Shown: piece by piece, positions 10,857 to 22,105 of the stretch
Position numbering within the stretch: position 1 is the stretch's first letter
How the letters are laid out: every line of letters starts with the position of its first letter
Source of the DNA: an uncultured Spirochaetota bacterium
Lineage (GTDB): Bacteria > Spirochaetota > UBA4802 > UBA5550
DNA length: 64,000 nt
NCBI GenBank assembly: GCA_963827275.1
Contig: CAWHAA010000004.1
Span: forward strand, 608,001-672,000
Reading direction: 5' to 3'
Translations under genes and position numbers: made by a program
Notes under the pieces: model-generated
The model's input: only the letters and a program-made list of their open reading frames with translations
Database searches by the model: none
What the model was told of the DNA's origin: nothing

Positions 10857-11657
10857 ATGAACAATAAAAAATTTAAAGAGCTGGATACCGTCGGGGAAGA
10901 GAAGCTGTGGGAGAAGTTCATAAAGAACAGCGACCAGGACATTCGCGACTTCTTCGTGGTCAAGTACGCTCCCCTGGTGAAGTACGTTGCCGGGAAAATA
11001 TCGATGGGGATGCCGTCGAACATCGAGTTCGACGACCTGGTCTCCTACGGGATCTTCGGCCTGATCGACGCCATCACCAAGTTTGATCCTGACCGCGGGA
11101 TAAAGTTCAAGACCTACGCGATGACCCGGATCAGGGGGGCCATCTTTGACGAACTCCGCTCGATCGACTGGATCCCGCGGTCCATCCGCCAGAAGGCGAA
11201 GCAGGTGGAGCTGGTCATCACCGAGCTCGAGAACAAGCTGGGGAGGACCGTCGAGGACGAGGAGATAGCCCGCGAGCTCGGCGTGTCGCTCGATGAGTTC
11301 CAGACCCTCCTCTCGAAGCTTTCGGGAACGTCCATGCTTTCGCTGAACGACATATGGTACCTGGGCGACGACAGCGACGAGCTTTCCATACTCGAGACGC
11401 TGGAAGCGCCGGAGAACATGAACCCCGATGTTTTGATTGAAAAGCAGGAGATCCGTGATTATATTATAGATGCGATAAAGAAGCTCCCTGACAAGGAGAA
11501 GAAGGTCATCGTGCTCTATTACTATGAGGACCTTACGCTCAAGGAGATCGGCGATGTCCTGGAGGTCACGGAGAGCAGGGTCTCGCAGCTGCACACCAAG
11601 GCGATCATGAGGCTGCGCGGCCGGCTTGGCCGCATCAAGCAGAACATCGTCGGATAA
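10857..11657 (+). CDS. fliA: RNA polymerase sigma-28 factor (FliA/WhiG)
   Basis: '[14 protein letters not shown]', '[15 protein letters not shown]', '[13 protein letters not shown]'. Confidence 0.97.
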   Translation: MNNKKFKELDTVGEEKLWEKFIKNSDQDIRDFFVVKYAPLVKYVAGKISMGMPSNIEFDDLVSYGIFGLIDAITKFDPDRGIKFKTYAMTRIRGAIFDELRSIDWIPRSIRQKAKQVELVITELENKLGRTVEDEEIARELGVSLDEFQTLLSKLSGTSMLSLNDIWYLGDDSDELSILETLEAPENMNPDVLIEKQEIRDYIIDAIKKLPDKEKKVIVLYYYEDLTLKEIGDVLEVTESRVSQLHTKAIMRLRGRLGRIKQNIVG

Positions 11658-11682
11658 CGGCAGGCCGCACACCGAGGTTTCG

Positions 11683-13654
11683 ATGGCGAACATAAAAGAC
11701 GTATTAATGACCCTGGACGTGTCGGACGACCGCTCGGATGAAAATGCCGTCGAGGTCTACGCTGATTCGGTGGCGCACGCCCTCGAACTCGCGTCAAAGG
11801 ACCTGGGCATTGACGTGACCCTCCTTGATTACCAGATCATCGAAAAAGGGACCAGGGGCATCATGGGGATCGGGCGTGTCCCCTATCGCGTCCTGGTGAC
11901 CCCGCTGGCTGACCGTGCGGAGCAGGCGGAGCTGAGCGCGCTGGAGCGCAAGCTTACGCGCGAGCACACCGCGTCCATCTCCCCGAAGGCGGACGCTGAC
12001 GGGACGTTCCATGTCCGTGTCATCCGCTCGGGCATATGGCTTACCGTGACCCCGCCCCGCGGCAAGGGGGCCCCGGTGACGCTCGGAAGAGGTGAACAAC
12101 AAGCTCTATTCAATGAAGATCACGCTCCCTGACGAGGGAAAAATAGCGAAAGAGACCGCCCGGCCGAGCGGCAAGCCGATCAAGATAGGCCCGTGGACCG
12201 CCAACCCCGACAATGACGGCACCATCAGCCTAGAGGTGACCGATGACGAAATGAAGGTATTCGTGCACTTCAACCCTCCCCGCTACTCGGGCAAGCACAT
12301 GGAATATGACGAGGTCATCGACGCGCTGAAGAGGGCCGGCGTGAAGGTGGGCATACGGGAAAAGGAGATCAAGGCATACCTGGAGGAGATGGACTACACC
12401 AGGCCGCTTGTCGCGGCCGAGGGCGTGCGCATGGTGAACGGCAGGGACGCCTACATCGATTACAAGGTGCGCATCGAGAACAAAAACGTTTCCTTCGAAG
12501 AGGACGAATCGGGCAAGGTGGATTTCAGGAACCTCGAGCTCCTGGAGAACGTCGTCGTGGGACAGGTGCTGGCGGTCAAGGTCCCGGCGAACCAGGGGGT
12601 CCCGGGGCGCACCGTCACCAACCGGATCATACCCGCCAGGCCCGGCAAGGACGTGAAGATCCAGTACGGCAAGGGGACCATCCTCTCCCAGGACGGCACC
12701 GAGCTCACCGCGGAGATCAACGGGCAGGTGACCTTCAAGGTAGGGAGGATCAGCGTCGAGCCGATATATGTCGTGAACGGCGACGTTTCGCTTGAAACGG
12801 GGAACATCGTGTTCCTCGGATCGGTGATCATCGCCGGGAGCGTGCAGGACAATTTCGAGGTGAAGGCGGCCGGGAACATCGAGGTGCGGGGCACCGTGCA
12901 GAAGGCGTTCATCGAGGCCGAGGGCGATATCATCGTGTTCCAGGGCATCACGGGGCGCGAGCAGGCCAAGATCGAGTCCACGGGCGGCTCCATATTCGCG
13001 AAATTCATACAGAACGCGACCGTTATCGCGGAAGGCGACGTGATCGTGCCGGAAGGCATCATGCACTCGAACGTTGACGCGGGCGGGCGGGTCTGCACGA
13101 TGGGGAAGCGGGCGCGCATCGTCGGCGGCTTTATCCGGGCGGGCGACGAGGTAAACGCCCGGTTCCTCGGGACGGACGTCTCGACGAAGACCGATATACG
13201 GGTCGGCATCCATCCGAAATTGCTGCAGCAGCTCTCCGATCTCACCGGCATGAAGGAGAAGATCGTGGAGGAGCAGACCCAGCTCAAGCTGAATTTAAGA
13301 ACGCTCGAGACGCAGAAGAGAAACGCCGGCGGCAAGCTCCCGCCCGAGAGGGAGAAGCTCCTCAAGGACCTGCAGGCGCGGAACCAGAAGCTCAACGACC
13401 GGATGGAAGAGATCAAGGGCGAGCTGGAAGAGGTGAATTCCTACATCGGCATGATCGAGCACAAGGGCAAGGTCTGCGCGGAGCGCACGGCCTTTCCCGG
13501 TGTCGGCATCTATATCAAGGACAAGAGCTTCATTTTAAAGGACCCGTACAAGCATGTGAAATTTTCCATGCAGGGGGACCAGATCCGCATATCGGAATAC
13601 GAGGCGCCCGAGGGCGTTGAGGGCAGGATGATCATCACCCGGCGGAGGCGGTGA
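11683..13654 (+). CDS. FapA/DUF342 family protein with Jag-N-like N-terminus (frameshift near 12088)
   Basis: 'VYADSVAHALELASKDLG' Jag-N-like start in one frame; DUF342 beta-helix 'GDVSLETGNIVFLGSVII' in the next frame. Confidence 0.85.
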
Positions 13655-13663
13655 GGTCAGGCC

Positions 13664-13984
13664 ATGGCCATCCGACCGATAGATCTTCAGACGAACATGT
13701 CCCAGGTCACCGAGGTGGGGAAGGACGCCCAGGCGCGTACCGAGGCCGTGGTGCAGCAGCAGCATGGCCTCGAAAAGGAATCGGGGGAAAAAGCGCGCCT
13801 GGTGAACGAGCGTCTCGACGAGATGAAAAAGGGCGACAGCACCGTGATCAAAGACCAGCAGAAGAAGGGGGAGAAGAAACGGGAGCGGCAGGCAGAGGGC
13901 GCCGACACCGCGGGCGGCAAGAAAGCGCGCCGGGCGAGAAGCAGGGACGAACGCATGGGCAACATCATAGATATTCTGAAATAA
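13664..13984 (+). CDS. Hypothetical protein (MAIRPIDLQ...GNIIDIL type, associated with flagellar operons)
   Basis: Characteristic N- and C-terminal peptides; follows DUF342. Confidence 0.75.
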   Translation: MAIRPIDLQTNMSQVTEVGKDAQARTEAVVQQQHGLEKESGEKARLVNERLDEMKKGDSTVIKDQQKKGEKKRERQAEGADTAGGKKARRARSRDERMGNIIDILK

Positions 13985-14090
13985 ATGTTCTGCCGCATTA
14001 TGTGACATAATACCGGCCGGTCCGTCACCAGGGGAAGGAGGACGGCAGGCGACATTTCCCGTGCGTCACGGGTAATAACGAGGGACCATC

Positions 14091-14888
14091 ATGCAGTTTT
14101 TCTTTTTACTTCTTTTTAACGTTTTTCTCGGCGCGGTGCTCTATCTGGTTATCAGCCTGAAGCTGGAACGTTCCGCAACGGAGTTCAGGCAGCAGAGGCT
14201 CCGCAAGGAGATGGATGAAATAATCAAGGAGTTCAATGTCACCGCCGAGCGCAACATCACGCTCCTCGAGGGTAAAATCCGGGCACTCCGCCTGCTCCTT
14301 GAAAAGACGGGGGACATCCCGTCGCTCGACATCACCATAGAGGAACGGGAGACGGCCCAGGAGACAGAGCGCGGCGGCGCGGAACAGCGGGCAGGCGCCG
14401 GCGTGGCCGCCAACCTGATTGGACCAGGCGCCAAAACGAGCGCGCATGAAGGAGAGAACAATGCCGGGGCGCTTATAAAAAAAGGCTTGCTAATATTGTT
14501 TGATAAGGTTATATCTATTCCATTCAGGAGAACCGGCCCCGCCCCGCGCCTGGAAGAGCTTCCCGTCGGCAACGGAAGGGACGGGGTGGTATGGGAGCCC
14601 GAAGCGGCGCCGAAGGATGTCATGGCCCCGGGAGCCAACGCCATTATAGAAAAGGACCTGGGCGCTCCGCGGACCGTCAGCGCGGTCCAGCCGGAGAATA
14701 AAAAACTGATGACGGAAAATGACATCCTTGAAATAGTGGCCATGGCGGAAGACCGGTACCAGCTGGTTTCACTCCTGTCAGAGAAGGGCTGCGACATCGA
14801 GGATATTTCCCGGTATTCCGGGATGCCTGCCGGTGAGGTCCGGCTGGTGCTGAATCTCAGCAGGGAAGCCCCCGGGGGCCCCTGTTAG
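14091..14888 (+). CDS. Hypothetical membrane-anchored protein with coiled coil and C-terminal HTH-like 'GEVRLVL' motif
   Basis: N-terminal TM; C-terminus resembles DUF6115/DUF2802-type flagellar-cluster proteins. Confidence 0.65.
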   Translation: MQFFFLLLFNVFLGAVLYLVISLKLERSATEFRQQRLRKEMDEIIKEFNVTAERNITLLEGKIRALRLLLEKTGDIPSLDITIEERETAQETERGGAEQRAGAGVAANLIGPGAKTSAHEGENNAGALIKKGLLILFDKVISIPFRRTGPAPRLEELPVGNGRDGVVWEPEAAPKDVMAPGANAIIEKDLGAPRTVSAVQPENKKLMTENDILEIVAMAEDRYQLVSLLSEKGCDIEDISRYSGMPAGEVRLVLNLSREAPGGPC

Positions 14889-15048
14889 TATTGCCCCGGG
14901 AAAAATAGTTTGCCATGCGCGGCGGGGACCGCGCATCGTCAGCGGGAACCATACATGCCCATGCCGGCCCGGCGCCATGACGGTTTTTCGCCATGCGGAA
15001 CGACGGGGAATATAAAAACAGATCATGCGATATCGGTGATAGACAGAT

Positions 15049-15942
15049 ATGCCATTGGATAATAATGTTTCGTTCAGGAGCGATTTCGGAGCGGACTCCG
15101 GGATCAAGCGGCTTACCGAGGAAGAGTTCAGCAAGTTCTCCAAGCTCATCTATGACGAAAGCGGCATCTACCTCAAGGACACGAAGATCACCCTCCTCTC
15201 GAACCGGCTGAGGAAGCGGCTTGTCGCGCTCAATATCCCCGAGTTTTCCGACTATTACAAGTATATCAATTCCCTCCCTCAGCGGGAAAAAGTCATCGAG
15301 TATGAAAAGATGCTGGACGTTGTCTCCACGAACGAGACATACTTTTTTCGAAATGAGCGCCATTTCGATGCGATGGTCCAGGAGTGCCTTCCGGAGATAG
15401 CGAAGATCAAAAAGGAGAAGAAGCTCCGCATCTGGAGCGCCGCCTGCTCAACGGGGGAGGAGCCCTACACGATCGCGATATGCGTGAAGGAGAACATGCA
15501 CCTTTTTCCCGGGTGGGACATCGAGATACTCGCGACCGATATCGCGCAGTCGGTCCTCGAGTACGCCCATGTCGGGGAATACTCCGGGAGAAGGATCGAA
15601 AAGGTGCCGCCGGAAATTCTGAAAAAGTATTTCACCGAGAAGAAGGACGAGCCGGGCGTGTTCCTTATCAGGGAAGATGTGAAAAAGCTGGTGCGGTTCT
15701 ATTACCATAATTTTTTCAAAAGCCAGTTCCCCAAGGATATTGACATCATTTTCTGCAGAAATGTGATGATCTACTTTGATAAAAAGCACCAGATGGATCT
15801 GGTGGCGAAATTTTACCAATCCATCCTCGATCACGGGTACCTGTTCATCGGCCATTCGGAGACCCTGCATTCGATATCCGAGGATTTCAGCTATAGAAAA
15901 ATCTTGGAAGCGCCGGTGTACGTGCCGAACCCGAGGAGATGA
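15049..15942 (+). CDS. cheR: Chemotaxis methyltransferase CheR
   Basis: 'TNETYFFR', 'RIWSAACSTGEEPY', 'IIFCRNVMIYF'. Confidence 0.97.
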   Translation: MPLDNNVSFRSDFGADSGIKRLTEEEFSKFSKLIYDESGIYLKDTKITLLSNRLRKRLVALNIPEFSDYYKYINSLPQREKVIEYEKMLDVVSTNETYFFRNERHFDAMVQECLPEIAKIKKEKKLRIWSAACSTGEEPYTIAICVKENMHLFPGWDIEILATDIAQSVLEYAHVGEYSGRRIEKVPPEILKKYFTEKKDEPGVFLIREDVKKLVRFYYHNFFKSQFPKDIDIIFCRNVMIYFDKKHQMDLVAKFYQSILDHGYLFIGHSETLHSISEDFSYRKILEAPVYVPNPRR

Positions 15943-15945
15943 CAG

Positions 15946-16425
15946 ATGGAATTTAAAATGATCAATGTTGGCATCGCCGATTTAAATGTCTCCGCATCTC
16001 CGGACATATTGCGGACCATCCTCGGCTCCTGCGTGGGGATCTGTCTCTATGACCGGGCCGCCGGGATCGGCGGGATGTCCCATATCATGCTCCCCTCCCT
16101 GAATGACAATTCCATGTCTGTAAAAAAGTACGCCGATACCGCCATACCGATGCTGGTCGAGGAGATGGAGAAGCGGGGCGCCGTGCGGGGCAGGATCACG
16201 GCAAAGATCGTCGGGGGCGCGAAGATGTTCAATGTTTCCGAAAACAGCATGATGGGCGAGATCGGCAGCAACAACGCGGCGAAGGTGCGCGACGTGCTGC
16301 GGGGCCTCGCCATCGAGATCCTTTCAGAAGACACCGGCGGCAATTACGGGCGCACGATCGATTTTTATCTTGAAACGGGTGTCGTCAGGATAAAGTCGAT
16401 GGGCAGAGAAGAAAAGACCATCTGA
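15946..16425 (+). CDS. cheD: Chemoreceptor glutamine deamidase CheD
   Basis: 'LGSCVGICLYD', 'SHIMLP', 'KYADTA', 'EDTGGNYGR'. Confidence 0.96.
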   Translation: MEFKMINVGIADLNVSASPDILRTILGSCVGICLYDRAAGIGGMSHIMLPSLNDNSMSVKKYADTAIPMLVEEMEKRGAVRGRITAKIVGGAKMFNVSENSMMGEIGSNNAAKVRDVLRGLAIEILSEDTGGNYGRTIDFYLETGVVRIKSMGREEKTI

Positions 16426-16461
16426 CCGGCCGCGGTCCAATTTCATTCAGGGTGATGACGC

Positions 16462-17328
16462 ATGGAAAGCATGACTGGCTACGCATTCGCGGAAAAGAGC
16501 ACGGAGCAGTTTTCGTATTCGGTTGAGTTAAAGTCGCTCAATTCACGCTACCTGGAGATATACGTCAATCTCCCGAAGATCCTGAAGAACGAGGAGAACG
16601 GGCTCCACAACCTGCTCAAGCAGCGCTTCGGACGGGGCAAGCTGGAGCTGAATATCGACATTTTTGACTGGATCGTGACGAAGCCGATAGCCGTCAACTC
16701 GGACATGATCAGGAAGTATTTCCGCGAGCTCGAGCGGGTGCACCGCGATCTCGGCGTGAAGGAGCCGCTGCGCTTTGAATCGGTGCTGACCCTTGACGGC
16801 GTCAGCCAGCGTGAGCGCTCGGTGATCTCCCGGCAGTCGAGGTCCGACATATTCGAAAGCATCGACCGGGTCATTGAGAAGGCGATCGAAATGCGGGGGA
16901 AGGAGGGCGCCGCGATAAAGAAGGACCTCGCGTCCCTGGCGTCCGCCATCGCCGGGCACATCGGCGCGATCAAGACCCTTTCGAAGAACGCGGCGAAGGA
17001 TAAGAAAGAAGCCCTCAGGACGCGCATCGAGGCCCTCGCGGGGGCAAAGGCGGACGACGTGCGGCTTTTTACCGAGATCGCCATCCTTGCCGACAAGCTC
17101 GATATCAACGAGGAAATCGTCCGCTTCAAGGACCACATACAGAAGTTCAACGCCCTTCTGAAGAGCGGCGGGCAGATCGGGAAGAAGCTGGACTTCCTGG
17201 CCCAGGAGCTGTTCAGGGAGATCAACACCATCGGGTCAAAATCGAACAATGCCGAGATAGCGCACGTGGTGGTCGATGTGAAGAACCACCTTGAGATGAT
17301 ACGCGAGCATTGCAGGAACGTGGTATGA
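16462..17328 (+). CDS. yicC: YicC/YloC family endoribonuclease
   Basis: 'MESMTGYA', '[21 protein letters not shown]'. Confidence 0.95.
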   Translation: MESMTGYAFAEKSTEQFSYSVELKSLNSRYLEIYVNLPKILKNEENGLHNLLKQRFGRGKLELNIDIFDWIVTKPIAVNSDMIRKYFRELERVHRDLGVKEPLRFESVLTLDGVSQRERSVISRQSRSDIFESIDRVIEKAIEMRGKEGAAIKKDLASLASAIAGHIGAIKTLSKNAAKDKKEALRTRIEALAGAKADDVRLFTEIAILADKLDINEEIVRFKDHIQKFNALLKSGGQIGKKLDFLAQELFREINTIGSKSNNAEIAHVVVDVKNHLEMIREHCRNVV

Positions 17329-17576
17329 AAACAACACTGATAAACATCGGCTTCGGCAACGCCGTGGTCGCGGAGCGCGTGGTGGTGGTGATCACCCCCG
17401 CGTCCGCCTCGGGAAAGCGCCTGCGGGAGGAAGCGAAGGAAAACAGCCTCCTCATCGACGCGACCCACGGCAGGAAGACCAGGGCGATCATCGTCATGGA
17501 CAGCAACCATATCATCCTGTCGGCCATGCAGCCAGAGACAATCGCGAACCGGTTGATGAACCTTGAAAGCGAGTAG
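17325..17576 (+). CDS. remA: RemA/DUF370 family protein
   Basis: 'LINIGFGN', '[14 protein letters not shown]'. Confidence 0.92.
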   Translation: MKTTLINIGFGNAVVAERVVVVITPASASGKRLREEAKENSLLIDATHGRKTRAIIVMDSNHIILSAMQPETIANRLMNLESE

Positions 17577-18192
17577 CCCGTCATTCGTCATAAGCGCCCC
17601 GTCCGGGGCGGGAAAAACGACGCTTATCAATAAACTCCTTGCCGCTGATGAGCGGTTCGAATTTTCGATTTCGGTTACGACGCGGCCGTCGCGGCCGGGG
17701 GAATCGGACGGGAAGAGCTATTATTTTATCGGTGAGCCGGAGTTCAAGAAAATGATCGACGAGGGCGCCTTTGTCGAATGGGCGCTTGTCCACGGGAACT
17801 ATTATGGAACTGCGAAAAAAGAGATTGACAGAATTCGGAACGCTGGAAAAATCCCGATATTCGACGTGGACGTCCAGGGCGCCGCTTCCCTGAAAGGCAG
17901 GCTTGACCGCGCGGTGTACATTTTTATCGTGCCTCCCTCCCGGAAAGCGCTTGAAACGAGGCTTCGCAACCGGAAAACCGACTCTGAAGAACAGATACAG
18001 ATACGGATGCGGAACGCCATCAGGGAGCTGGCGGAGTACGCCAGATATGATTACGTCGTTATCAATGATGACCTCGAAACGGCCCTGGGGCAGTTGCGGT
18101 CGATAGTGACCGCGGAGTTATGCAGGAAAGAAGATGCGCACAATATAATTACCGGAATTCTGGAGGAGAAAAGTGATAATCCCGCTCGATAA
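17563..18192 (+). CDS. gmk: Guanylate kinase
   Basis: '[10 protein letters not shown]', 'TTRPSRPGE', 'HGNYYGT'. Confidence 0.97.
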   Translation: MKASSPSFVISAPSGAGKTTLINKLLAADERFEFSISVTTRPSRPGESDGKSYYFIGEPEFKKMIDEGAFVEWALVHGNYYGTAKKEIDRIRNAGKIPIFDVDVQGAASLKGRLDRAVYIFIVPPSRKALETRLRNRKTDSEEQIQIRMRNAIRELAEYARYDYVVINDDLETALGQLRSIVTAELCRKEDAHNIITGILEEKSDNPAR

Positions 18193-18386
18193 ATTGCTCA
18201 GATACAACAAGAATAAATATATATTTACCCGTGCCATCATGGAGGCCGTTGAAAAGATCGGCAACATGAAGACCTTCCCGGAAGACGAATCGAAATGGAA
18301 GGTCGTTCCCCACGTATTGAAGCTGATGCTCGACGAAGAGCGTGAAGTTTGAATACCACGAGGAACCAGAGAAGGAAAAGGAATAG
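18173..18386 (+). CDS. rpoZ: RNA polymerase omega subunit (in-frame stop at 18352; probable indel near 18340)
   Basis: Not in the ORF track: GTG after GGAGGAG RBS gives (M)[22 protein letters not shown]...; conserved gmk-rpoZ position. Confidence 0.7.
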
Positions 18387-18431
18387 GTAATTACTACCCG
18401 CGGACAGGAACATATCAGGTATGCGGTCCTG

Positions 18432-19328
18432 GTGGGACCAACGGCAGTCGGCAAGACCGGCGTGTCGATGGAAGTCGCCGATGACGGACCCTTTGAGATA
18501 ATCTCGGCTGATTCCGTCCAGGTTTACAAGTATCTTGACATCGGCAGCGGAAAACCGTCGCGTGCCGATCGCGAGCGGGTGCGCCATTATCTCATTGACC
18601 GGGTCGAGCCGGACATTCCCTTTACCGCGGGGGATTTTTGCCGCGATGCGGCGGCGGCGGCGCGGGAGATCGTTTCGCGGGGCGCGTTGCCGCTTGTTGT
18701 CGGGGGAACGGGCCTCTACATCGATTCGTTTTTCCAGGGGCTCTCCGAGATCCCGGAGATCTCCCCGGGGACCAGGGACCGCGTCCGCGAGGAGCTGTCC
18801 TCGAGGGGCCTGGAGAGCCTGCATGAGGAATTGGTGCGCGTTGATCCCGGTTTCGGGAACCGCATACATCGCAATGATACGCAGAGGATAACGCGCGGGC
18901 TGGAAGTGTACCGCGAGACCGGCAGGCCGCTGTCGAGCTTTTATGAGAACAAGCGGCGTTATGGTTCGGACGAAACGCTGTACATCGGCCTGCGGGAGGA
19001 GCGCACGGCGCTGCGCGGGCTGATCGACCGGAGGGTCGACCGGATGATGGAGTTGGGGTTCGTGGACGAGGTCAGGTCCCTGAGGCAGCGGGGCTACGGT
19101 CCCGAACTCAAGTCGATGAGCTCAATCGGGTACGCGGAGATCAATTCGTACCTCGATGGCGGCATGGGCCTTGCGGAAGCGGTCGCGGCGATAAAGAACG
19201 TGACCCATAAATACGCCAAGCGCCAGATGACCTGGTTCCGCAAGAACAGGCGGGTCACCTGGTTCAGGTCCTCCGAGCTCAATGACATCCGTGGCCTGAT
19301 ACGCCGTTGGCGCGAGAGTGGCTCTTAG
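18432..19328 (+). CDS. miaA: tRNA dimethylallyltransferase (true start probably slightly upstream)
   Basis: GPTAVGKT, 'ISADSVQVY', 'VGGTGLY', 'YAKRQMTWF'. Confidence 0.96.
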   Translation: MGPTAVGKTGVSMEVADDGPFEIISADSVQVYKYLDIGSGKPSRADRERVRHYLIDRVEPDIPFTAGDFCRDAAAAAREIVSRGALPLVVGGTGLYIDSFFQGLSEIPEISPGTRDRVREELSSRGLESLHEELVRVDPGFGNRIHRNDTQRITRGLEVYRETGRPLSSFYENKRRYGSDETLYIGLREERTALRGLIDRRVDRMMELGFVDEVRSLRQRGYGPELKSMSSIGYAEINSYLDGGMGLAEAVAAIKNVTHKYAKRQMTWFRKNRRVTWFRSSELNDIRGLIRRWRESGS

Positions 19329-19365
19329 TAAATATAAATATAAAGAACAGGTAAGGGTTAAAACA

Positions 19366-19602
19366 ATGGCAGCTCAGTACAACAACTTGCAGGACCTATT
19401 TTTAAATACGGCACGAAAGGAAAAGATCGAGATAGGGATCTACCTTGTCAACGGCGTGCCGATCAAGGGGAAAGTGCTCAGCTTCGATAATTTCACTATC
19501 CTCATGGAAGTCGAGAAGAGGCAAAACCTCATCTACAAGCATGCGGTATCCACGATCGTGCCGTCGAGGCCGATACCGTATAAAGATGAAGATGATAAAT
19601 AA
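19366..19602 (+). CDS. hfq: RNA chaperone Hfq
   Basis: 'LQDLFLN', 'YLVNG', 'SFDNF', 'IYKHAVST'; miaA-hfq synteny. Confidence 0.97.
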   Translation: MAAQYNNLQDLFLNTARKEKIEIGIYLVNGVPIKGKVLSFDNFTILMEVEKRQNLIYKHAVSTIVPSRPIPYKDEDDK

Positions 19603-19611
19603 CCTCCCGGA

Positions 19612-20527
19612 GTGAAGGCCACAATGAAGAATTTTTTATTGAAAACAGTGCTCGTCGTTGCCATTTTCGGGATCGCATACGTCCTGTTTTTTTCGATAGA
19701 AAAGATCGGTGCGGCCCGGATCTGCGCAGTTGAAGACCTGCGCAGCAACAGGGTCGTGCGCCTTGTCGGCCCCGCCGTGGGCGATTACGCCTTTGTCTGG
19801 GAGGGGGCCCTGCCCTGGTGGTTCCTGGTCAGGGAGATCCCGGCGCAGCGGGTCGCGCATATCAGGGTAAAGGTCCCGGTCCCGGAACTGGAGCGCCTGA
19901 GCCAGGATTATTATCACGCCTGGGTCCCCCTGCGCGTGGCCTACCGGATCGACCCCGGCTCGTTCGCCGACGCGGCGCTCCTGGGAGACGGCGGACGCGG
20001 CGCGGACGACCTGGTGACGCGGTTTTTCCGGGACGGCCTGCAGCGCGAGCTGCAGCCCCAGCTTTCGCCGGTGTACCAGCGGGAGGCGCTGGTCGCCCGC
20101 AGGGACGTCCATCATCGACGCCGTGCGAAACGGGGTGGAGAAGGACTGCGCCGCGGCCGGGATACGCCTGGTTTCGGCGTCTCTGTCGGGCCCGCTCCTG
20201 CTCCCCGACCCCGCGGTGTACAACGAGGGGAGGCTCCATGCCGCCGAGTTGCGGAAGATGGACAGGGGCATCGAAGTGGGCATCATCGAATCAAGGTCAA
20301 AGGCCGAGAAGGACCGGCTCGTAAACGAGCAGTTTTATGGAAGGCTGAAAGAAATATCAAAGATCATCAGCGCCAATCCGGACATTTTGAAATATATTTA
20401 TATTGACAAATTGGGGGGCAATGTAAACGTGATACTTTCCTCGGACAGTACCGTCGTCCCCCCCCTGTTTGACAGGGACACAAAACCGGGGAAGGGAAAG
20501 CCCCGGGAAATAGATAATTTAAAATAA
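19612..20527 (+). CDS. SPFH/band-7-like membrane protein (frameshift near 20108)
   Basis: N-terminal TM; C-terminal 'NPDILKYIYIDKLGGNVNVIL' typical of SPFH tails; split over two frames. Confidence 0.6.
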
Positions 20528-20602
20528 CGCACCTGCCGTTAACGGCGCGCGCCGGGCGGGTGTCAGATATTACAAGTATGGAGATGAAGTAAGGAGCTGC
20601 TT

Positions 20603-20695
20603 ATGCCCTGTGGGAGAAAGAAAAAAAGAAAAAAGATAGCTAATCACAAACGGAAAAAACGCAAAAGGGCGAACCGTCATAAAAAGAAGCTATAG
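20603..20695 (+). CDS. Small basic ribosomal protein bS22 (AURKAIP1/COX24 domain)
   Basis: Not in the ORF track: AAGGAG RBS, MPCGRKKKRKKIANHKRKKRKRANRHKKKL; hairpin downstream (about 20705-20745). Confidence 0.85.
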   Translation: MPCGRKKKRKKIANHKRKKRKRANRHKKKL

Positions 20696-20760
20696 CATGA
20701 AGTGAAAGAGATTGGGACAGCCCGTAACACGCCAATCTCTTTTATTTTCACTGGTATCAC

Positions 20761-21489
20761 ATGTTAAAGAAAAAAACCGCCAATATTGTTCTTGATACCG
20801 CCAGGCATTCATGGAAAAAGCGTCCGTCCGAAATTCGGGGATATCAGAGGACCTATTATATCACCTCTGATGACGACGATTATATCCGCGTCGACTATAA
20901 CCTGAAGGAAAAGCGCGTACGCCTTTACATCGAGATCGAGGCCGAGGGGGGGAATTCGTATTACGCGGTCATCACCAACGGGAAGATCACCGCTGAGCGA
21001 AGCGTCTCCACGGGAAGAAATTACGGGTTTGCCGATAAATTTCATGACCGGGCCGACGTCTTTTCAACGTTGCCGAACAGGGAGGTCCTGAAGCTCATCA
21101 ACCAGAGTTACGGGATCCGCCAGTTCAAGACAACGGTAAAGGAAAAGCAGAATACCGAAAAAGACAAGCTCCTCAAGGAGACGAAAGAGCGGTATTTCAA
21201 GCGCGATTTTTACCAGGATGAGGGCGCCGCGGCGGGGGCGGGGGCAAAGGGCTTCGGGAGGCTGAAGCTTTATGACCTTGTCGATGTCATGATCGGCCTC
21301 CTCATCGCCGGCGCGATTTACATTTATTTCCAGTACAGCTACCTCGCCATGGGCGCCGCCGCCGCTTTTTTCGGGGTCATAATCGGCTTCGTTGATATGT
21401 TTTTCCGCGGGCGCTCACCCATGTTTTTCAAAGTCATTTTTTTCCTCGTCGCCGGCGCCGCTTCTTACATTTATGGTTATTTTCTATAG
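20761..21489 (+). CDS. Hypothetical protein with three C-terminal TM helices
   Basis: 242-aa ORF, hydrophobic C-terminus. Confidence 0.7.
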   Translation: MLKKKTANIVLDTARHSWKKRPSEIRGYQRTYYITSDDDDYIRVDYNLKEKRVRLYIEIEAEGGNSYYAVITNGKITAERSVSTGRNYGFADKFHDRADVFSTLPNREVLKLINQSYGIRQFKTTVKEKQNTEKDKLLKETKERYFKRDFYQDEGAAAGAGAKGFGRLKLYDLVDVMIGLLIAGAIYIYFQYSYLAMGAAAAFFGVIIGFVDMFFRGRSPMFFKVIFFLVAGAASYIYGYFL

Positions 21490-21641
21490 CGTCGTCCCCG
21501 GTATGACAACAGCTCTGCCGGCCTATTATTTTCCTCGTTATTATATATTTTATACTTGAAAAGTATATTTGATTAATTAGTATAGTTCATGGAGACCTGA
21601 CAGCACGGGCCGACTCTACAATATAACGGGTAGTATCCGAT

Positions 21642-22103
21642 ATGGAAAAAAAAGAGAATTACTTTTCCTCGTTGCAGATCGTCTGTTTTAAAATTGGAAA
21701 CGAGGAGTACGGCATCGATATTCTTCAGGTCCAGGAGATTTTGAAGCTCCCCAAGGTCACCAAGCTGCCGAAGTCCAAGCCGTATATAATGGGGGTCATC
21801 GACCTCCGGAGCAAAGTGCTCCCGATCGTTGACCTGAGCAAGCGGTTCGGCATCGAATCGAACAAGCTGACGGAAAACAGCCGCGCCATCGTCGTCAATA
21901 TCGACGGCAAGAAAGTCGGCCTTGGCATTGATTCGGTCAGCCATGTCATAAAGGTCAATTCGACCGATATTGAGCCGCCGCCCCCCGTGGTGCGCGGGAT
22001 ATCGGGGAAGTACATCGTCGGCATCGCCAAGATGGCAGACGGTTTCGTGGTCATTCTCGACATCAACCAGATGTTTACCGTGGAGGAGCTGTACGCGGTG
22101 TAG
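21642..22103 (+). CDS. cheW: Chemotaxis coupling protein CheW
   Basis: 'EYGIDILQVQEI', 'GVIDLRSKVLPIVDL'. Confidence 0.95.
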   Translation: MEKKENYFSSLQIVCFKIGNEEYGIDILQVQEILKLPKVTKLPKSKPYIMGVIDLRSKVLPIVDLSKRFGIESNKLTENSRAIVVNIDGKKVGLGIDSVSHVIKVNSTDIEPPPPVVRGISGKYIVGIAKMADGFVVILDINQMFTVEELYAV

Positions 22104-22105
22104 GC

